Shown here piece after piece: positions 8,901 through 17,900 of a DNA stretch of 61,688 nucleotides (the first letter of the stretch is position 1; every line of letters begins with the position of its first letter). Location: IMG/VR virus record IMGVR_UViG_3300044620_001837, one strand, 5' to 3'. A model generated the notes under the pieces. That model ran no database searches, was not told where the DNA came from, and saw nothing but the letters and a program-made list of their open reading frames with translations. The stretch is from a virus. The position numbers and the translations under genes were made by a program.

Positions 8901-11900
8901 AATACAAGGAAAAACGCTAAAAGAAATTTTAACTAGAATAGCGCAACCGTTCAAGAAAGTTCAGAAACAATTGGCGGATGCTACCCTTGCGCTAGATAAA
9001 GTCACAAAAGAAGGCAATGAAGCTGAAATAGAAAGATTAAACAAAGAAATAACAAGTTTAGAAAAAACAGCACAAAAAGAAAAAACTCGCTTCAATAAAG
9101 CGGCAACCATTCTTTATAAACAGGTTGGACAATTAAACTCGGCATTACAAAAAATGGGTGTTGTCCATAATGATTTGGCCGAAACTAACGTATTTTTCTC
9201 GCCTCAAGGAATTCGGGCTATAGACTTCGGTGGATCACAGGTTAATCCTACAGCCGCTCAAAAAATTGAAGACAAGAAAACCGTCATAGATAGAATGATG
9301 GGGAATAATCAGTATAAAGGTTTGATGGACAAAACGGCCGTGGCTGGGGCTATTTTGTCTGGTTTTCAATCCCCTTTGCCAATACCTGAAAAACGAACCG
9401 TTGATCCAGAAAAGTTAAAACAAACCACGCCAGGACAATTAATAGAACTAGGATCAACTAATCCCACGCTCTTGCAGCAATACGGTGAGAAAATAACCTA
9501 CCCTAAAACAAAACCATTTTCTATACCTCCAAAGCAAGAAAAAGTTACTACGCCAAAAACTGAGAAGCTTAATCCTACTGTATTTCTAGAACAATCCTTA
9601 ACCAGAAATACAGACAGAGCTATAACAGCGTTAAATTCTATAGAACAAGCTTTAAATGAAATAAAAAAAGGTATTCTGGCTAAATATGCTAGTCCTTTAA
9701 TCGATCCGTGGCAAAATAGCACGCCTGACCCGTGGGCTAAATCTAACGCCGAATTAATGCGGGCTTTTGTAGATGCAATTAACAAGGTATCCTCACAAAA
9801 GCTTTTGCCGCCCGCTCCTGACGATTTTGGCAGTAGTGAAACAGATAGAGGAAACAGCCCACTAGAAAAAATCTTAGAAGATATATCTATTAAAGCCCAA
9901 GCGGGTTTAAAAAGTGCTTTAACTACTAGATTATCAACTCCCGATAGTAGTGGTGAAATACAGCTTTTAACAGGGCAAGAAAACATTTCAGAACTGTTAA
10001 ATCAGGTATTAATTAGAGAGGTAAAAGAAGCGGGCAGAATACTTGGAAACGCTCTCAAGGATGCCTCTCTAGATGTCGTCAAGTTCGGTCAAATTGTTTT
10101 CACCGTTCTAAAAGCGATCGAACGTCCCGTTATGGCTATTCCCGGTGTGGGACTGGGGAAAAAAGCACTACAGGTAGGGGGAACCGCCGCAATAGGAGCG
10201 GCCGCTCTCCACGCACTCCCGATGGGGTTAGATGCCACAATCGTTAACGAGATGCGAAGCATTCTAGCGGGGGCAATGAGTGCAGGCGGTCGGGAAATGA
10301 TCCAAGCCGTAGCCACACAAATGACTCAAGCTTTTAGCGGCTTGCCGTTTGGAGTGGGACAACAGTTAACGGAAGCGGTAATGAACCTTGTTACCGAACT
10401 AACCAACGGCACTATCAGCGTCTTAGCGCAAGGGGGGGCGGTCGCTGGATCGGCGTTAATGGCGGGGGAAGGGGTTAAGAAGCTTTTAGGGGCGGCTACC
10501 AGTAGCGTCCCTAAATTAATTGACAAAGAAGAACAGCAAAAAATTGAAGGTAAAACCCAGAAACTTTTAAAAGCCGCAAAAGATAAAGCCGGTTCTTTAA
10601 TTACTACTGAAATAACCCCATATTTTGACGAAAAAGCTTTCCCGGTAAGTAGTCCTATTCCAGCTAACATCAAGGCAATTAACCCAAAATATTACACGGT
10701 AAAACAATTACGAGGATTAGCTAGAGATCAGGGAATTGATGTACCAGCATCGGGAGCAGGAGCCAGAAAAGAGGAAATATGGAAATCATTAACTGAAAAA
10801 TTTAACCCTGACCAACTAACTCGACTTTTACTAACAACAAAAGCAAGTGATAGAACAAAATTAGGGAAAAAAGAACTTAGTGGATTCCAAGTTGAAACTA
10901 CAGAAATTCCTGCTGATTTTACCAAGAGAATTGGCATTGGCATAAAAAACATTGGTCAAGAAATTAATACTACTAAAGATATCCAATCTTTAGAACGTCT
11001 TTATTTTCAATTAGAAAAAGTTAAAAAGGGAATTGCATCGTTGAGAGCTAATCCTGAATTTAACACAACAAGTATTAATAAATCATTAAGTGGCTTTTTA
11101 CAGTCAGTTGATAATTTACAGACACAAATTCTTGCTAAAGGTGGTTTGGAGTCAGGTAAAAACCTTAATGAAGGTTTAGCTAAGGGATTAAAAGATAACG
11201 ATGCTGAAAAAATCGTTAGAAAAAATGCACGAAATATTATCGATGGGTTAAATGATGAATTAGGTAATAGATCGCCATCTTGGAAAGGGGAAAAAGCGGG
11301 GCGTTATCTGATTCAGGGTGTAGGAATAGGCATTGAAAAAGAAGAAAGTAGATTAACCACTAAGATAAAAGAGTTAACCACTAAAGTCATCAAAGAATTA
11401 CAAAAAGGATTATCTAATCCTACTCTTAAAGGGCTTTTAGCTACTCTTGCTATAGTTTCTAGTGGGATGCCTGCCAACGCACAGCAGTTTATCCAAACAG
11501 AATCCTTTAAGGGAGTCACGATGAACCCTGCCACAACTGGGGTAGAGGTTGTTAAGCAGGTTGATGTAGATAAAAAAGCTTTCCAAGACAGAAAAGCGAT
11601 CGCCTATAGTTCCGGCCCGATGTTTGATAGGTTTTTCTTGCAAGATAAAAACCAGCAAGTAAACATGATTGCCGATGTTGTCCAGAGAGAACAAGTTTTG
11701 CAGTTATCTCGTAATCGTGCGGCCGCAGAAGAAAGGGGTTTTATCGGCATTAATAAACAAGGAAAATTAAAATTTGGCTATGGCGGTGCAAAATCAAATA
11801 AATTAAGTGATTATGACACTTTTGTTGGCGGTCTTCACGTTTTATATAACGATGAAGTGCCAAAACCCGCTAACTACAAAGGTGGATACCATAGCTCGCT

Positions 11901-14900
11901 AAAACAGCAATTAGCCTATCAAGTACCACGCCCGCGAGTATTTTTCGGTAAAACAAAAGAAGGTAATTTAACTGTTATGGAAGGTCAAAAAGACATGACT
12001 CCACAACAGTTAGAGAAATATGCTCGCTCTATGGGATTTACTGCTGTTATGCTTCCCGATCATGGGAATATGGCGCGGTTAACAGTGCCGGGTCAATCTA
12101 TGAGCCGCATTTTGCCACAATCGTTAGGAGGGACTGGAAAATCTACCCCTTACCAATTAAGATTTTTTGAACGTCCTCAAATAGAAAGCAAACAAGCGAA
12201 GCTATCAGAATCTTCTAGTGTAGTTACCCCTCCTGTTGAAAAAGAAAAAAATCTTTCAGCAAGCAATGTCTTTGATACTGTTGTTGATAGAGAATTGTCT
12301 ATCAGTCCTCAATCAACAACTAACAAAATATTACCAATTAAACATATTTCTAGAAAAGTTGAATCTGCTGACAAAGCATTAACTAACGATCTGTTAGAAT
12401 TTATAGGCAATTATGGGTTAACCGTTGCTTCTTTATTAAGTTTGCTTGGAATAACTGGAAAAGTTGCATCTAAACTTAAAAAAGCAAGTCAACGACAAAA
12501 ACCCTTAGAGGCTATTCCAGTCATTGAAAACATACCACAGCCAAAACAGTCAAATAATACTAATTTATCTCGTATTATAGATGTTGAGTTTAGCGTCGTT
12601 GATGAAAAAATAGATTTTACTTATGTGCAAGCTACTAAGAAGCGCATAAGTGCAATGGGGAGAAAAATTATTGAAGACATCAAATCCTCTAACCCCACTA
12701 TAGACACTTCTGGTACAGTAAGAGCCTTTGAAGAAACCGCAAATAAACTTAGTGAAGATTTTAAACAGCGGATCAACAAAAACAGGACAACCCTCATAGC
12801 TACATCTTTAAATGTATCACGTCCACAACAGGTTTTACCTAGTTTACCAAAGCCAGACATAAAGTCTATATCGCCTGATTTTATCAAATCAATTCAGAAT
12901 AGAAAACTTTCAGCTTTTTCTAATATAGTATTACCAAAACCTCCAAGCATAACACCAGTTAATATACCTACTAGCACGGCAAGCATTAATAAGCTTGGAG
13001 AAACTGCAAAAGACTACATAGATGTTATTTATAAAGTGATAGACGAAGGGGAAAAAGTCGAAAAGAAAATAAAACAGCTTGCTAAAAATTATACTGAAAC
13101 CCCCTCGCCGCAGGAAGCAAGCAATATTCCCGCTCAAGCTGGCTTAGGCGGCAGTGGAGGTGGCAAAAAACCGCCTAGACCTCCTCGTATTGCAGCTTCT
13201 GCTAGTCCCGAACCTGAACCTAAAAAAGAAAAGTTTGATGTATCTAAAGAGGCTGAAAAAGCTTTAAAAGATATTCAAAAGGCTAGAGAGGCAATAAATA
13301 AACTTGACAAAGAAGAGGAAAAACTTAAAAACTTAAAAATAGAATTAGGAATAGAACCAAAAACGACAAGAGAAAAAATTCTTGGAGACTGGAATAAAAA
13401 ACGAGACAATATTTTCAACGCTCTCGATAGTATTGAAAAAGCGGGCGTTTCTAGTGGCTTTACAGACGGCATCGTGACTGGACTTAAAACCGCTATCGCC
13501 CAAGCTGACGGATTTATCAATTTCCTCTCGGTCGGTGGCAAAGCACTCAGAACTCTCGACAAAGAACTCGATGCCGCTACTGGTGGGATGATCAACCTTC
13601 GCAAAGCATCACTAGCAGTCATCGGGGGATTTGCGCTATTCAAAACCGCTGAATTCCTGTTAGAGCCTTTGTTTTTTGCAATTCAGGATTTGCCGTTCCG
13701 AGTACAACAAGCGGTCACGGATTCGTTACTCGCATTTACCGAATTACAGCAAATCAGGATCAACCTCGACATTGCTGGCGTTAACAACGTTGATACGGCA
13801 ATTGACGGACTGCGAAATCGGGCTGATGAACTTGGTATCTCATTCAGAGAATCAGCCAAGCAATACGCCCAGTTCCAGATCGTGACGACTGGCTCACCAC
13901 TACAAGCTCAAGGTGATGACATTTTTGAGGGTTTTCAATCTGCCCTTGCGGTACGGCAAACTAACCCACAACAGCAAACTGAAACATTCCGAGCGATCAA
14001 CCAAATGGCCGCCCGCTCGGTGCTATCAGTAGAAGAATTCACCCAACAATTAACCGAGTCTGGGGGACTGTACGACGCGCTGATTGTTGCGGCGCGTGCG
14101 ATGGGGATGACAACCGCTGAATTCTACCGGCAAGCGTCGGCTGGGCAATTACTTTCTCAGGACGTGATCCCCCGGTTAGCGGCTGAGTACGAACGCCTAA
14201 GTGCGGGGGGAATCGGTGCATCGAGCAAAACTTTACAGGCGGAAATGAACCGCTATCAGAACAATATCGAACAATTATCGATGTCCACAGGGGAAAAACT
14301 TGGCGTTGTGGCTTATCCCGCGCTACAGCTACTTAATACTCTCCTAAAAGGACTAAATGACAATCTCGGCTTAGTTGCGACGGTAAGCGCGTCTGCGGTA
14401 ATCGCCACAATCGGACTACTCGGAAAATCGGTACTGCAATTTTCCGCCGCTACTCGGCTAGGACAAGGATTAATCGCTTCTTACAACGCCTCGTTATTTG
14501 CGATGGGAGTTACCGCAGGGCAAACAACGACCAAAATGCAAATGTTGTCTGCCACGGCAAAAGTAGCGGGCGGAGTGCTAAAAGCAACAATTGGAGCGAT
14601 GATCGTTCCTGCGGCGACGATCGTTGCGCTTCAAACGTTTTACGATATTTTCGAGAACGGGGACGCAAATCTTAAAAATTCGCTTCAAACCCTCAAAGAA
14701 TCGAGAAAAGTTTTAGAGGATTTAGGGAAAATTGAACCCGAAAACGAAAACAAAAATCTCTGGAATAAATTTTTCCCCGATATGAACCTATCGGGAACCG
14801 AGAAATTCTTTAACGTTCTGACGGTCGGAACCGTTTACACCTTTAAGCGAAACAATGCTGTTCGCGACCAGCAAGAAAATCTCAAAAACATCCGAGAAGG

Positions 14901-17900
14901 CGCAGAGGGGCTAGAGACGAACCTAAAAACCTATCAAACCGTACTTTCAGACACAGCTGGGATCGATAAGTTTATCGACTCATTGCAAGGTCTCCGGAAC
15001 TCGCTCGCTCAAGTTCGGGCAGAACGGGCAATCGCCGCAAATAAAGAGGATTTTGCGGCGGTAGCGCGCCTGAACGAGCGAGAACAGGAATTAATGAAGC
15101 AAGAGCAGGAAGCGATCGATAGACGCTTAGGATCGGTCGGTTCTCGCATCACCGCGGATTTACAGGTCGCCGAAGCCGCGCTCGCAGCACTAGAAGAAGA
15201 GTATCAAAAAAGCGGGGGTACGCTTAAGAATTATGGGGCAAAATCGGAGCGTCTCAAGGGAATTATCGCTGGACTTAAAGCCGAACAGCAGAACTATCTC
15301 AATGTCCTTAGAGATCAGGAAAAAGAGTACAAAAAACTTCAGTACGCTTTTAACCGAACTCTTAACGCCCAAGAAAACCGAAACTTTATTAACGCCAGAC
15401 AATCACTAAATCGACAGATCGGTAACGAATTAGCGTTCGCATTGGGACAACTCAACGAGTACGAATTTAACGTCAAGGTACGTGAAGAGTCGCTACAAAC
15501 AGCCAAAGAAAAATTTGCATCCCTTCAAACAACCGCGTCGGAAACCGGGGCGAAGCTAAGTAGTCGTATTACCGAGGCGGCTGACAAAACGCTGTCCACT
15601 TACTTCAAGGACGATCTTAAGCGATTAGGGGTCGGGAATTTTTCCGAGGCGATCGCTAGGAATCTACTTTCCCCGGAAGCGATCGAGCGGGTCATGTCCG
15701 AAAATTCGGGCGATCTCGAATCGAACGCCGCCCTTAAAAACATCCTAGAAATGGCGAAAACTTACGCCACAACTAGACAAGAGATTTTACAGTCCGAGAA
15801 AGAAATTCAGTCTATCAATCGGGAAATAATTACCGAGCGGAAACGTCGTCAGCTGTCCGAAAAACAAGCGGCTAACGAAATCCTAATCGCAGGACAACAG
15901 GAAAAGCTCTACTCCTCCACACCGACAGGCAAGCTTCGCTCGTTACAACCTGCCGAAACACGGGTATCCCTAGAGGAGCTTTACAAGCAATTAGCAGTCG
16001 AACAAGAAAGACTGGCGGCAAACGTCGATGATCCCTTGCAAATTCGCTCAAATATTGCCCGAATTAAAACGAACATCGCCCGGACACGCTTAACCTTACG
16101 GGATCAGCAAAACGATCTTGTTGAGTTCTATACGACTACGGCGATCGAGATCGAGGCAACCAATAAACAGATCGGGCTGACCGCTCGAACCGCGTCAAAT
16201 CAGGTCAAGACTTTCGCCCGTGACCAGACACTAATCGAGATCTCAAAACTTTACAAACAACTCGCTTTTGAGCAATCAAAGCTAGTCGGGACACTCAAGG
16301 GCGATCCCCTCGAAGTTAAAGCCAATATTGCTCGAATTCAACTCCAGATCGAGCAAGCAAAATTATCCCTGCGTGACCAGACAACCGACATTGAGGATTA
16401 CTACACCGGACTGCAAAGACAGGTAGTTGACCTCCGAGTATCGATCGAGGATTACCAGATTCAATCTGCCCGCGAGGTAAGAGGGTTTAAAGAAGCCTAC
16501 GGAGACATGATCCGTGGGTTACAACGATCTCTCATCGAAGCGGAAAACGAATTCCGAGCAAGTCAAAGAAGTCTCGAAAACCAACGCTTGCAGGTGTCGA
16601 TGCTTTCTGGGCGCACACCTGGCGTAAGCTCACTACAGAAGCAATTAGATGACCTCATCCTACAATATCGGGATGAAATAGCCTCGATTCAAGGCGAAGC
16701 GGATAGCCTGAGAACACGGCCGCTCGACATTCGAGATCAGTCAATCCAGTTCGCTCGACAATTACGAGACATTCAAGAGCAAATCTACGATGCCGAACGG
16801 AACCGCTTAAAACAGCTACGGGATTTCTGGATGCAACAAGTCCAGATAGTCCGTGAACTATCACAGCAACAACTAACATTTAAGTCGCTTAACGAAATAT
16901 GGGCAGGAATTTTGGAGAATTCCAAGAAACTACTCGCTAAATCGGGAAAAATTGCGGGCGGAAAAGTCCCGAATGTAGCCCTAGCAATCGGGGAAGCTCC
17001 GAACAATAGCGAAAGCTCCGAACAATACAGACAGGGAACTCCGAACAATCCCCGAACATTACAGAGAGGAGACTACATTGACTATGGCAACGGGCGGATT
17101 TACAAATACGATCCTTCCCCGAATTATGATCCCAAAACGATGCGCTATCGATCGCCGGTCAACGCCGACGAAATCCGTCACCCCTCGGTAGTTCAGCAAG
17201 TCGGCACTTCAGGGTCAGAAGAGTTTGACCGCCTGCTAATGCGATCGGGTCTCTACAAAAACTGGGAAGGTTTTACGCGGGAAGTTCTCAACCCGAACCT
17301 TCAGCCTCTCACTCCCGAAGAAAGAGCGAATTACAACGCTGGCAACGTCGGAAGATATTCTGGTGTGCTGACGGGACAACCACAAGCGAACATCCCGCTC
17401 ACGCCGCTCCCAACTTTTGACTACGATCGAGCTAGGGAACTCGATACTCAAATTCGGATTACCCGTGAGAAAACCCTACAGAATCAAAAAGAAGAAAACC
17501 TACTTAAACTCGAACGGGCAAGGCGGGAAAACCTTGATCGGATCGCAGGACTGATCCAACAAACACAGGAGGCTCGAATTCAAGCCGAGATCGGATTGAG
17601 AGACACGGGAGACACCTCGACTGACCTAATGCGCTCCTCTAAGGGCTATCTCACTTTTTCGGAAAAAATCGAACAAGCCCGACGCAATGGGAGCCGGGAG
17701 ATCGAAAAACAACGAGAGTCGATCCAGTCCCAAATTCGATCGCTCGATCAACTTACCTCGGATTTCGCTAAAAACTCGGAAGAAACACGGGCGCGGCTAT
17801 TTCAAGACACGGGTAACGATGACGCATTCAAGGCTCTTGAAGCCGAAAACAAACGAAACACCGCTATTCTTGAAGGATACAAAGCTCTCGACAATCAACT

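Noticed and set aside
9498-9986. Antisense ORFs inside the tape measure gene (for example 9498..9986, 10326..10673, 13275..13643, 17979..18686)
   Set aside because: All are embedded antisense or out of frame within a 13-kb ORF that has clear protein motifs. Their translations are low-complexity mirror images, so they are not genes.
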